64,000 nucleotides of DNA, taken from assembly GCA_965277715.1 (NCBI GenBank), contig OZ255836.1, forward strand, positions 4,032,001-4,096,000, written 5' to 3'. The notes beneath the pieces were generated by a model that was not told the origin of the DNA, made no database searches, and saw only the letters and a list, made by a program, of their open reading frames with translations. The DNA is from Gammaproteobacteria bacterium (GTDB lineage Bacteria; Pseudomonadota; Gammaproteobacteria; JBCCGL01). Each line of letters starts with the position of its first letter. Positions within the stretch are counted from its first letter, which is position 1. The position numbers and the translations under genes are program-made. This document shows positions 21,311-30,922 of the stretch, piece by piece.

Positions 21311-21601
21311 CAATCGAACTCAAATATCAGCAATAGTTTGTAGTGAGTATTCTTTAACTTCATACGACTTTGGGATATTTTTTTATCCCGGTTTTGGCGG
21401 TCTTTTTCCTTTTTAATTATATTCGGTGCAAGCTGTTTCACAAGCGATAAAAACTCTGTGTCTGTAAGTTACTAACTGAAGAGCGGGGTTCGTTTCAAAA
21501 AAGCTGTTGCATAATTGGTGTCATCAGTGGTTAAATCACTCACAGTTTCACGAGGCTTTTAAGTAAGCGCGTGACACCTGAGCTTAATCAAGGATACAAA
21601 A

Positions 21602-22051
21602 ATGGTTGTTAAAAAGGTGGTAACACTTGTTTTTGGTCTAGCAGTCGCTGGGCTTATATGGGTTGTGGGTATGACCGTTATCCCGCCCGATAGTGCGGAA
21701 ATTGCATCGGTTACAGACGCCTATGTAAATGACGTAGAAAAAACCCTCCCTACCACTGCAATAATGTCTAGTGGAGCTGACGAACCAATCGATCACGAAC
21801 AATCCCCGTCAGCAAAAAAACTACAAGCACTCCTCAATACACAAACATCACTCCCCACCGAAATTGAGCAAACAGAGGCAACAATTGCTCAGCTTGATCA
21901 AACACTGCGTAAATTTGATCAACAGTTACAAAGCCAGGGTATTAATCCACCGGATCAAAATATAACTGAACCAACAGAGGAAACTCCATCGTCAACGGTG
22001 CAGCGCCTGCAAGCTATCCGCGACCATATCAATAAAACCCCTGTGGAATAA
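21602..22051 (+). CDS. Membrane-anchored coiled-coil hypothetical protein, first gene of the rhs operon
   Basis: N-terminal TM helix, Q/T-rich coiled coil; 12-bp gap containing AAGGAG before the rhs gene. Confidence 0.7.
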   Translation: MVVKKVVTLVFGLAVAGLIWVVGMTVIPPDSAEIASVTDAYVNDVEKTLPTTAIMSSGADEPIDHEQSPSAKKLQALLNTQTSLPTEIEQTEATIAQLDQTLRKFDQQLQSQGINPPDQNITEPTEETPSSTVQRLQAIRDHINKTPVE

Positions 22052-22063
22052 GGAGAGAACCTA

Positions 22064-25000
22064 ATGACCTCATTACTTACCCGTATCACCTGCGTATCTA
22101 CCGTAGTATGCGCCCTAATAGTACAGACGCTGCCTGCAACGGCGGTTGAAGTTGGCGCTACCGCAGGTGAATTCAATGTATCAAATGGTAATGCCAGCTA
22201 TACCCTTCCAATTAAAGTTGCCCCTGGCCGTGGGGGTATGCAGCCAGACGTTGCGCTTTCTTATAACAGTGCGGCAGGCAACGGTATTATGGGGGTGGGA
22301 TGGAACCTTAGCGCAGTATCGGCGATCAGCCGCTGCCCGGCCAATCTGGCGCAGGACGGTTTTATCAGCGGCATAACCTTTGGCGATAAAAGCCGTTATT
22401 GTCTGGATGGTGAACGTTTGATTCCCGTCAGTGGGGCAAACGGTGCTGTTGGCACTGAGTATCGTACGGAAATTGATGGTTATTCGCGCATTCGTTCGGT
22501 GGGGGGTAGTGCTAACAACCCGGCTTATTTTGTGGTGGATACCAAGGCCGGTCATACCATGACATTTGGTTTGGGCAATAATGCTACTGTGGCATTTGCC
22601 TATGGACGGTTGAATTGGTTATTAAGTGAGGTTAATGATAGTACGGGCAATAACCCAATCACGTACAAATACCGCATCCAGGACAATAAACAGTACCTGG
22701 ACAGTATGGAATACAGTGGCGGGAAAGTTAATTTTGTCTACGAGCAAAGAGCAGATGAAAATAAATACTATATAGCAGGTTCTGAAGTCCATACCCGGTA
22801 CCGTTTACGGTCAATTTCTAGCTATCACAATGATGTTATCTTAAGAAACTATCACCTAACGTACCAAAGTAATCTGGAAAACACTTTACTGAGTAGCGTA
22901 CAAGAGTGTACTTCACAAGACAGCCATTGTTTCAATCATATAAGGTTTGGTTGGCAGGGTGAACCTGCTGCTTACAATGCTGTTATTTCCAATACACCGA
23001 CGGCATCAGGTGGGTATGGGTCAAGTGGGTGGCAGTTTTCTGGGTTTCACGATACCAATGGTGATGGATTGCCAGATGCTATCTGGACATACGCTAGTTC
23101 ACTAAATGTTGGTACTCGGGTAGCAGTCAGTCTCGCCGAAGGGTCAGGTCGATACGGTGCTATTATTGTCAATACACCGACGGCATCAGGTGGGTATGGG
23201 TCAAGTGGGTGGCAGTTTTCTGGGTTTCATGACACCAATGGTGATGGATTGCCAGATGCTATCTGGACATACGCTAGTTCACTAAATGTTGGTACTCGGG
23301 TAGCAGTCAGTCTCGCCGAAGGGTCAGGTCGATACGGTGCTATTATTGTCAATACACCGACGGCATCAGGTGGGTATGGGTCAAGTGGGTGGCAGTTTTC
23401 TGGGTTTCATGACACCAATGGTGATGGATTGCCAGATGCTATCTGGACATACGCTAGTTCACTAAATGTTGGTACTCGGGTAGCAGTCAGTCTCGCCGAA
23501 GGGTCAGGTCGATACGGTGCTATTATTGTCAATACACCGACAGCATCAGGTGGGTATGGGTCAAGTGGGTGGCAGTTTTCCGGGTTTCACGATACCAATG
23601 GTGATGGATTGCCAGATGCTATCTGGACATACGCTAGTTCACTAAATGTTGGTACTCGGGTAGCAGTCAGTCTCGCCGAAGGGTCAGGTCGATACGGTGC
23701 TATTATTGTCAATACACCGACGGCATCAGGTGGGTATGGGTCAAGTGGGTGGCAGTTTTCCGGGTTTCACGATACCAATAGTGATGGATTGCCAGATGCT
23801 ATCTGGACATACGCTAGTTCACTAAATGTTGGTACTCGGGTAGCAGTCAGTCTCGCCGAAGGGTCAGGTCGATACGGTGCTATTATTGTCAATACACCGA
23901 CGGCATCAGGTGGGTATGGGTCAAGTGGGTGGCAGTTTTCCGGGTTTCACGATACCAATGGTGATGGATTGCCAGATGCTATTTGGACATACGCTAGTTC
24001 ACTAAATGTTGGTACTCGGGTAGCAGTCAGTCTCGCCGAAGGGTCAGGTCGATACGGTGCTATTATTGTCAATACACCGACGGCATCAGGTGGGTATGGG
24101 TCAAGTGGGTGGCAGTTTTCCGGGTTTCACGATACCAATGGTGATGGATTGCCAGATGCTATCTGGACATACGCTAGTTCACTAAATGTTGGTACTCGGG
24201 TAGCAGTCAGTCTCGCCGAAGGGTTAGGTCGATACGGTGCTATTATTGTCAATACACCGACGGCATCAGGTGGGTATGGGTCAAGTGGGTGGCAGTTTTC
24301 CGGGTTTCACGATACCAATGGTGATGGATTGCCAGATGCTATCTGGACATACGCTAGTTCACTAAATGTTGGTACTCGGTTAGCAATTAGCCTTTCTAAT
24401 GACACAAAACCAAGACTGTCATCAATAACAGACTCTTTGGGCACGCATACGGATATTAGTTACGCCTCTTTAACCGACAAAACGGTCTACACCAAAGGCA
24501 CTGGCGCCGCTTATCCGGTAATTGACCTACAGTACCCCCAATACGTGGTTAGCAGTGTTACCGCCGATGATGGCATCGGTGGCAGTATTTCTACAAATTA
24601 CCACTACGAAGGATTAAAAGCCCATGTAAAAGGCCGGGGTTCCTACGGTTTTGCCAAAATTACCGAAACGTACCCTGACACAGGTAAAACACAGGAAACC
24701 TGGTTCGACCAGAGTGGCTTCCCCTTTACCGGCCATGTGCTCCGCCACACTGAATCGTACAACGGGCAACTCCTGAATGAATCTACCACTGAATATAGCC
24801 AAGATAGTTACTATGCTGGGGTAGAGTCCGTCCACGCGCACCGCACCGTGCAGCGCAGTTATGAACTCGACGGTTCATTAATTAGCACCGTTACTTCACT
24901 GAGTGAAAACATAGATGCCTATGGCAATGTGGGAACTGTCACTGTTATCACTGAGGGTGGTGGTGAAACATTCACCCAAACCACCGTTAGCCAATACGAC

Positions 25001-28000
25001 AACAATACAGATAACTGGCACCTTGGCCGCCTAATGGAAGCGCGTACTACCCACACCACCCCCCAGGGCGATGCCACGCCCAAGCTCAGCCGCTTTACCT
25101 ACGACGCCCATACCGGTTTGCTCGATTCGGAAAGTATTATCAGCACCCAAACCGGTGAAACCTTCCAAACAACGGTTTACCAATACGATAGTTTTGGTCA
25201 GAAAATTGCTGTTACGCTCAGAGTGCCTAACCATGCTGATCGCACCAGCACCACCGAACGGGATGTGCTGGGTCGCCCTACCAGAAGCTGCAACCCTCTT
25301 GGCTTGTGTGAAACCTTTGAATACAACGAACAGGGACTATTAGCCACGCAAACAGGCCCCAATGGCATCACCACCCGTTGGTCATACGATGGCTTTCAGC
25401 GCAAACGCCTGGAAACGCGGGCCGACGGCAACCAGACCCGTATCGATTATTACTTCGCCAATAGCAACCAATGCGGTGAACGAGCAACGTTTGCACACTA
25501 CTGTAGTGTCACCGAGAGTAGCGGCAGCCCGGCGGTGACCGTACAGTTCGACAACCTGGGCCGCGAAGTGCGCAAAATTACCACTGCACTCAACGGTTTA
25601 AAGGTTTACCACGAAACCGAGTACAACCATTTGGGCGAGGTATACCGTGTTAGCCGCCCTTACTTTTTGGGTGACAATATCTATTGGGCCAGTACCCAAT
25701 ACGACGCTATTGGGCGTGTGGTTGAAATCACCGAACCCGGCCCGCATGGCAGCACGAATACAATCAACAACCGCTACAACGGGTTGACCACGACGACCTA
25801 CAACGGCCCCAAGCAATTGGCGAAAACAACCCGCACCAATGCATTGGGACAAACAGTGCGTGTTGAGGAGGAGGAAGGCAGTAGCGTTGAGTATCGCTAC
25901 ACAGTTGACGGTCAATTGCTGACCACCACGGTAGCAGGCGATGCCGCCACGACCATTACCCTCGCATACGACGAGCGTGGCCGCAAAATCAGCATGGACG
26001 ACCCCGATATGGGGTATTGGACTTATGCATACGATGCCTATGGTCAATTGATTCAGCAAACCGACGCCAAAGGCCAGGTTGTCACGATGGATTACGACCA
26101 ACTGGGGCGCCTGGTGCGCCGCCAGGAAACCGAGGGCATCACCACATGGCAATACGGCGATACCAGTGCACCGTTGGGTAGCATTGGCAAACTCCTCGTC
26201 GAAAGTAACGGTGCTGTCAGTAAAACCTACGAATACGACCACTTTGGGCGTACCGTCGCCACCACCCATACTATTGAAGGCACGGCCTACACCACGCGTG
26301 TTCACTACGATGCGCTGGGGCGCGTAATTAAAACTGACTACCCCGGTGGGCAGGATTTCTACACCGAAAATCTCTACAGCGAACTGGGTTTTCTTCACAG
26401 TGTGCGTGGTAGTCGTCTCCGGGCAGAAACCGGTGATCTCAGCCAATTAGCCCCGTTAATTCTGGCCGCGACAGACCTGGCTGAAAGCTACGAAACCCGT
26501 GCGCACACCTTGCGGCGCATTGGGCAGCGGTATCGCGCCAAACTCGACGACTACCGCGCATTACTTGCCATACAAACCCGTGCAGAGGCGAAATATCAGG
26601 CTGACCTTAAAGAAGCTGAGAAAGAAGCTGCCAGTCAACCCTTGGTGAGCGTACAAGTACCGATTAGTGTTGGAGATATCACCATTTTCGTACCTGGCTG
26701 GCGCAGTCAATTGGTTCTGCCAACCAGAGACCCTGTGCCTGTACCGCATTTAAGCGATGACTTGCAAGCCGATCTGAATAGTCAGAAAAGTTTGCTAACA
26801 GAAAGTATAAATAATGCCAAGATAGAAAACCCCCATGTAATTACCCTGGCACCAGTTAATGTCAATGGTATAAGTATTTTCATACCGGTTGAGAATGGCC
26901 AAGGAGTAACACCTACCCAGAACCTTAGTTCTGACGAACAAACAAACCTAACGGCGAGTATTGGGCAAAACCAAACCCTCTCACCGGCGTTTTTAGGCCA
27001 CCTCAACAATACCGTTATTGAGCTTGAGAATGTCATTGCGTTACTCGATCAGCATATCGGCAGTTACACCCAATTGATCGAACAAATCACCGTATTAGCC
27101 GAGCAAACGCTGGCAGCGGCAGATCAAAGCTTCCATTACACACGCAGCCTTGAAAACGGTGCTGAAAGCTATCAAGCACAAACGGCTGATACCCAACATA
27201 TCACCTACTGGCAGGCGCTTGATGCCGATGCGTCCGGTCGCATTACTGCAGAATCGTATGGTAACGGCATCGTTAACGACTACAGCTACAATACCGCCAC
27301 TGGTCAGTTGCAAGTTACCCATAGCGGCCTGCTTGGCAGCACCGCGATACGGCATATCGAATACCAATACGACGCCTACAATAATGTCACATTGCGCGAT
27401 GACCTGGTTAACGACATCCGCGAAACCTTCGAGTACGACCGCTTAGACCGGCTGACCGCCACGCACTTGGTCAGTGAGCGCTTTATCGGTGGTGGTCTCG
27501 ATATTGCGCAAACCCAGAATTATGACGTTTACGGCAATATCACCTACAAATCTGACGTGGGTCACTACCAATACACCAGTGGTCGGCCACATGCTGTTAG
27601 CAGCGCGGGTAATCATCAATACCACTACGATGCCAACGGCAATATGCTCGAAGGCGATGGGCGCCGCTTCACCTGGAACAGTTTTAACAAACCGATCCAT
27701 ATCAGTAAAAACGGCAAATCGGCCCGTTTTAGTTATGGCCTTGACCGGGCGCGCTATAAAAAGATCAATCACACAGGTGATACCACCTGGTACGTAGGGG
27801 GATTGTACGAGAAACAGGTCACTGACAACGGTCAACACACCCGGCATCAATACTACATCTACGCTGCAGGCAATCGGGTCGCCAGCCACAGTGTTTCCAG
27901 CAAGGAAGGTGTAAAAACCCACTATCTGCACAAAGACGCGCTTGGCAGTATCGACACGATGACGGATGCTGACGGTCAAGTGGTTGATCGGCGCAGTTAC

Positions 28001-29320
28001 GATGCCTGGGGTAAACAACGCCATTTTGACTGGCAAGGTGCGGGGTCGCTGTACAGCATGCGTTTACTGTTTACCACCCGAGCGTATACCGACCACGAAT
28101 CGATTGAGGAAGTGGGCCTGATTCATATGAATGGGCGGGTATACGATGCAAGCCTGGCGCGGTTTGTTAGCGCTGATCCGCATATACAGGCGGCGGGCAT
28201 GAGCCAGAGCTATAACCGTTATAGCTATGTGCTGAATAACCCCATGAAGTATACGGACCCTAGCGGGTACTTTTTTAAGAAGCTTTTTAAGTCGATTAAA
28301 AAAGCGGTTAAAAAAGTGGTAAAAGCTATTAAACCATTTATAGGGGTGATCATTGCGGCTGTGGTGACTTTTTATTGTCCACCCTGCTTAGCGTTAGTGG
28401 GGGGAAACGCAGTTGCACTGGGCGCACTGGCCGGGGCGGCAGCAGGGGCAGCCAGTGCGGCTGTTAATGGTGGTAATATACTTAAAGGCGCCATTACTGG
28501 TGGTATATCGGGTGCTATATTTGCGGGTATAGGTGTGTCAGGTTGGGAAGATACAGCGAAGGTATTGGCTCATGGTGTAGCGGGAGGGTTTATGTCTGTG
28601 GTGCAAGGAGGGAAATTTGGGCAGGGATTTTTGAGTGCTGGGTTTGCTAAATTTGCAACGACCAACCTGACTAATGGCGGTGTTTTTAATATGGCTGATC
28701 GAAGTACTGGGAATATTGTGGGCAGAACGGCGGTTGCGGCAGTGGTGGGGGGTACGGCATCTAAGCTTGGTGGGGGTAAGTTTGCAAATGGAGCAGTCAC
28801 GGCTGCTTTCGCTTATACCTTTGCTAATGCTGCAAGAAGATTTGGAGAAGGTGGTTCCCCGTCCTCTGGTACAGCTTCTGGTTCACAACAGGCTAACCCA
28901 AACCGTGTATGGGAAAATCCAACAGGTGGACAAGTACGCGGTTGTGACTCTCAAGGCTGTGGTGGATACGGAGAAGGTCGTAGCTATGGCCCACATCAAG
29001 GCGCAGATTATGTAGCAACGCCTGGACAAGATGTGGTTGCAGTCACTGATGGCGTTATAGATAAGATTGGTTATCCCTATACCAATGATCTGTCTTATCG
29101 ATATGCAAGAATAACAACTCTCGATGGTTATGTAGTACGTCAGCTTTATGTTGCGCCAGCATCCGGCATCAGCGTTGGTGCAAGTGTTTCTGCTGGTCAG
29201 ACTATTGGAACGTATCAAGGCTTAGGAACTCGGTATCCGGGTATTACTGAGCACGTTCACGTGGATATTCGACACAATGGCCAACAGGTAAATCCAACGA
29301 CTTTGATTCCTTCGCCGTGA
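22064..29320 (+). CDS. Large RHS/YD polymorphic toxin: signal peptide, SpvB-like N-term, 8 FG-GAP-like repeats, TcB-mid, YD shell, RHS core, Gly-rich hydrophobic linker, M23 peptidase tip
   Basis: YTLPIKVAPGRGGMQPDVALSYNS (SpvB); DTNGDGLPD repeats; many YD dipeptides; HMNGRVYD...RFVSADP...NRYSYVLNNPMKYTDPSGY core; HQGADY...HVH M23 zinc motifs. Confidence 0.92.
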   Translation: MTSLLTRITCVSTVVCALIVQTLPATAVEVGATAGEFNVSNGNASYTLPIKVAPGRGGMQPDVALSYNSAAGNGIMGVGWNLSAVSAISRCPANLAQDGFISGITFGDKSRYCLDGERLIPVSGANGAVGTEYRTEIDGYSRIRSVGGSANNPAYFVVDTKAGHTMTFGLGNNATVAFAYGRLNWLLSEVNDSTGNNPITYKYRIQDNKQYLDSMEYSGGKVNFVYEQRADENKYYIAGSEVHTRYRLRSISSYHNDVILRNYHLTYQSNLENTLLSSVQECTSQDSHCFNHIRFGWQGEPAAYNAVISNTPTASGGYGSSGWQFSGFHDTNGDGLPDAIWTYASSLNVGTRVAVSLAEGSGRYGAIIVNTPTASGGYGSSGWQFSGFHDTNGDGLPDAIWTYASSLNVGTRVAVSLAEGSGRYGAIIVNTPTASGGYGSSGWQFSGFHDTNGDGLPDAIWTYASSLNVGTRVAVSLAEGSGRYGAIIVNTPTASGGYGSSGWQFSGFHDTNGDGLPDAIWTYASSLNVGTRVAVSLAEGSGRYGAIIVNTPTASGGYGSSGWQFSGFHDTNSDGLPDAIWTYASSLNVGTRVAVSLAEGSGRYGAIIVNTPTASGGYGSSGWQFSGFHDTNGDGLPDAIWTYASSLNVGTRVAVSLAEGSGRYGAIIVNTPTASGGYGSSGWQFSGFHDTNGDGLPDAIWTYASSLNVGTRVAVSLAEGLGRYGAIIVNTPTASGGYGSSGWQFSGFHDTNGDGLPDAIWTYASSLNVGTRLAISLSNDTKPRLSSITDSLGTHTDISYASLTDKTVYTKGTGAAYPVIDLQYPQYVVSSVTADDGIGGSISTNYHYEGLKAHVKGRGSYGFAKITETYPDTGKTQETWFDQSGFPFTGHVLRHTESYNGQLLNESTTEYSQDSYYAGVESVHAHRTVQRSYELDGSLISTVTSLSENIDAYGNVGTVTVITEGGGETFTQTTVSQYDNNTDNWHLGRLMEARTTHTTPQGDATPKLSRFTYDAHTGLLDSESIISTQTGETFQTTVYQYDSFGQKIAVTLRVPNHADRTSTTERDVLGRPTRSCNPLGLCETFEYNEQGLLATQTGPNGITTRWSYDGFQRKRLETRADGNQTRIDYYFANSNQCGERATFAHYCSVTESSGSPAVTVQFDNLGREVRKITTALNGLKVYHETEYNHLGEVYRVSRPYFLGDNIYWASTQYDAIGRVVEITEPGPHGSTNTINNRYNGLTTTTYNGPKQLAKTTRTNALGQTVRVEEEEGSSVEYRYTVDGQLLTTTVAGDAATTITLAYDERGRKISMDDPDMGYWTYAYDAYGQLIQQTDAKGQVVTMDYDQLGRLVRRQETEGITTWQYGDTSAPLGSIGKLLVESNGAVSKTYEYDHFGRTVATTHTIEGTAYTTRVHYDALGRVIKTDYPGGQDFYTENLYSELGFLHSVRGSRLRAETGDLSQLAPLILAATDLAESYETRAHTLRRIGQRYRAKLDDYRALLAIQTRAEAKYQADLKEAEKEAASQPLVSVQVPISVGDITIFVPGWRSQLVLPTRDPVPVPHLSDDLQADLNSQKSLLTESINNAKIENPHVITLAPVNVNGISIFIPVENGQGVTPTQNLSSDEQTNLTASIGQNQTLSPAFLGHLNNTVIELENVIALLDQHIGSYTQLIEQITVLAEQTLAAADQSFHYTRSLENGAESYQAQTADTQHITYWQALDADASGRITAESYGNGIVNDYSYNTATGQLQVTHSGLLGSTAIRHIEYQYDAYNNVTLRDDLVNDIRETFEYDRLDRLTATHLVSERFIGGGLDIAQTQNYDVYGNITYKSDVGHYQYTSGRPHAVSSAGNHQYHYDANGNMLEGDGRRFTWNSFNKPIHISKNGKSARFSYGLDRARYKKINHTGDTTWYVGGLYEKQVTDNGQHTRHQYYIYAAGNRVASHSVSSKEGVKTHYLHKDALGSIDTMTDADGQVVDRRSYDAWGKQRHFDWQGAGSLYSMRLLFTTRAYTDHESIEEVGLIHMNGRVYDASLARFVSADPHIQAAGMSQSYNRYSYVLNNPMKYTDPSGYFFKKLFKSIKKAVKKVVKAIKPFIGVIIAAVVTFYCPPCLALVGGNAVALGALAGAAAGAASAAVNGGNILKGAITGGISGAIFAGIGVSGWEDTAKVLAHGVAGGFMSVVQGGKFGQGFLSAGFAKFATTNLTNGGVFNMADRSTGNIVGRTAVAAVVGGTASKLGGGKFANGAVTAAFAYTFANAARRFGEGGSPSSGTASGSQQANPNRVWENPTGGQVRGCDSQGCGGYGEGRSYGPHQGADYVATPGQDVVAVTDGVIDKIGYPYTNDLSYRYARITTLDGYVVRQLYVAPASGISVGASVSAGQTIGTYQGLGTRYPGITEHVHVDIRHNGQQVNPTTLIPSP
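22991..24385 (+). repeat. Coding tandem repeat, 180 bp x about 7.8, near-identical
   Basis: Units start at 22991, 23171, 23351, 23531, 23711, 23891, 24071 and 24251 and differ by only a few substitutions. Confidence 0.97.
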
Positions 29321-29330
29321 GTATCTAAAA

Positions 29331-29891
29331 ATGAATTTTTTGATAAAGATGATTATTGGTATTGGCTTCATTATTTTAGTTTCGGGTTGCTCCAAAACTG
29401 AAGCTGCAATTGACTGTGATGTTCCAGAAGTTATCGAAGGGCATCACGACTATAATAAGTTTGTATGCATTGGAGTCGAACAGGTACAGGAGCAAAAATA
29501 CGAAAAAGCTATTAAGTCATTTGAGGCTGCCCTTGCTTTACACTTGTTCGAGACTCCTAACTTTGAATTATTCCCTCAATTAGCTTGGGCCTACTTTAAA
29601 GCAGGTGATCTTAAAAAGGCTGAGGATAACTTAGAGAAGGCTGAGTTATCACTTTCTGTATTTACTGGAATACTAGAGTGTGGAGAAAGTGAAGGTGGGT
29701 TTTATCTACACGATCAAAATGGTGTTCGCCGCACTGGAAAAATTAACGATGAAGTCACTGCCATAATGTGCGGGGCTGCTTACGATTATATTTATGAACG
29801 TCAATCTCTTGAACGTGTGCTACTAGAAGCAGGAATTGTAAAACGTTATTTTGATGTGAAACAGCGAATCGAAGAAATAGCCAGTAAGTGA
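29331..29891 (+). CDS. Lipoprotein with TPR-like helices; putative cognate immunity protein
   Basis: Lipobox LVSGC; AT-rich; 10 bp after the toxin stop. Confidence 0.75.
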   Translation: MNFLIKMIIGIGFIILVSGCSKTEAAIDCDVPEVIEGHHDYNKFVCIGVEQVQEQKYEKAIKSFEAALALHLFETPNFELFPQLAWAYFKAGDLKKAEDNLEKAELSLSVFTGILECGESEGGFYLHDQNGVRRTGKINDEVTAIMCGAAYDYIYERQSLERVLLEAGIVKRYFDVKQRIEEIASK

Positions 29892-29898
29892 TCTATGC

Positions 29899-30012
29899 TT
29901 ATTCAATCTGCTCGGTCGTCAACACCAAACAGCCATCCATCACCCTGATCTTAACGGGCGTATTCATATCAAATCCCGCGTCTCTCAGCCAGTGACCTTT
30001 AATATTGATCCA
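29899..30012 (-). pseudogene. symE: SymE-family toxin, C-terminal fragment
   Basis: WINIKGHWLRDAGFDMNTPVKIRVMDGCLVLTTEQIE* is the SymE signature; the 5' part is cut off at the motif beginning 30017. Confidence 0.75.
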
Positions 30013-30128
30013 GAACGAAAAATAGGACAGGCACTATATAGAAATATAGTAAGCGCCCAATGGCACTAAGAAGAAAAGCAGAAAAGGGGTCAGGCTAGTT
30101 ATTTAGTATAAACAAAGTATTTTTTGTT

Positions 30129-30155
30129 AAAGCCTCGTATACCGGAGGCTTTTTT
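30129..30155 (+). terminator. Rho-independent terminator-like hairpin
   Basis: AAAGCCTC-loop-GAGGCTTT followed by a T-run. Confidence 0.5.
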
Positions 30156-30287
30156 ATTGGCTTATGTAGCGTGCCACTTTCTGATCGTATAAATCCCCAA
30201 ATTATCTATCATAGTATTTTTCGAAAAAGGGGTCAGGCTAGTTATTTACTATTTAAAAGATGAAAGTAGAAATAGGACAGGCACTAT

Positions 30288-30384
30288 AGGTCACTGACAA
30301 CGGCCAACATACCCGGCATCAACACTACATCTATGCTGCAGGCAATCGGGTCGCCAGCCACAGCGTTTCCAGCAAGGAGGGTGT
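30288..30384 (+). pseudogene. 97-bp orphan fragment of a paralogous rhs YD region
   Basis: 91/97 identical to 27816-27912; 5 of the 6 differences are synonymous. Confidence 0.9.
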
Positions 30385-30922
30385 TAACGAAAAAGGGGTC
30401 AGGCTAGTTATTTACTATTTAAAAGGAAAAATAGGACAGGCACTATATAGAAATATGCAAGGACATCCCGAGAAATTGGAAATAGCGCCCAGGATAGTCA
30501 AACCTGATTTTTTTACTTACTTAGGGGGTTATTCGGTGTAATGATCCAGTTATTGAGCCTTGTTTTAATGAAAAATATTTTTTCAGGCAAATGTAGCGTG
30601 CCACTTTCTGATCGTATAAATCCCCAAATTATCTATCATAGTATTTTTCAGTTTTTCGGCGTTTTTGCCACATTCCGATCATAATAAAAAATACTTTTAC
30701 CGCATTAAAATCTGACGTTTTACCCATCCATATTATACCCGTACGATAACCTCGGCTGACCACGATACTCTCGTAGGTTGCCCTTTATGATGTCATGGGT
30801 TAACTTGTAACAGGGAGCACATAGCCCCCTGTTACGATAGATGTCGCAAACAACGTTTCTCTAAGAGTTGATGCTATTTTCACTGTCCGAAAAGGATAAG
30901 GTGGGTATCCTGGTTCTCTCCC

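Larger units (their letters stand above)
30017..30491 (+). repeat. Mosaic array of motifs A (GAAAAATAGGACAGGCACTATA) and B (GAAAAAGGGGTCAGGCTAGTTATTT) separating captured fragments
   Basis: A at 30017, 30269 and 30426. B at 30081, 30223 and 30389; 30223-30259 and 30389-30425 are identical over 37 bp. Confidence 0.85.

Noticed and set aside
22991-24385. CRISPR array
   Set aside because: The 180-bp units have no unique spacers, are in frame within a CDS, and no cas genes are present.
25598-28036. Long antisense ORFs (282 aa and 197 aa) within the rhs gene
   Set aside because: Shadow frames of the YD-repeat coding strand with no recognisable motifs.
30288-30384. DGR template/variable repeat pair with 27816-27912
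   Set aside because: Differences are mostly synonymous C/T changes, not adenine-specific, and there is no intact reverse transcriptase in the window.
30017-30491. CRISPR array
   Set aside because: Two alternating non-palindromic motifs with very irregular spacing and no cas genes; reported as a motif-delimited mosaic instead.
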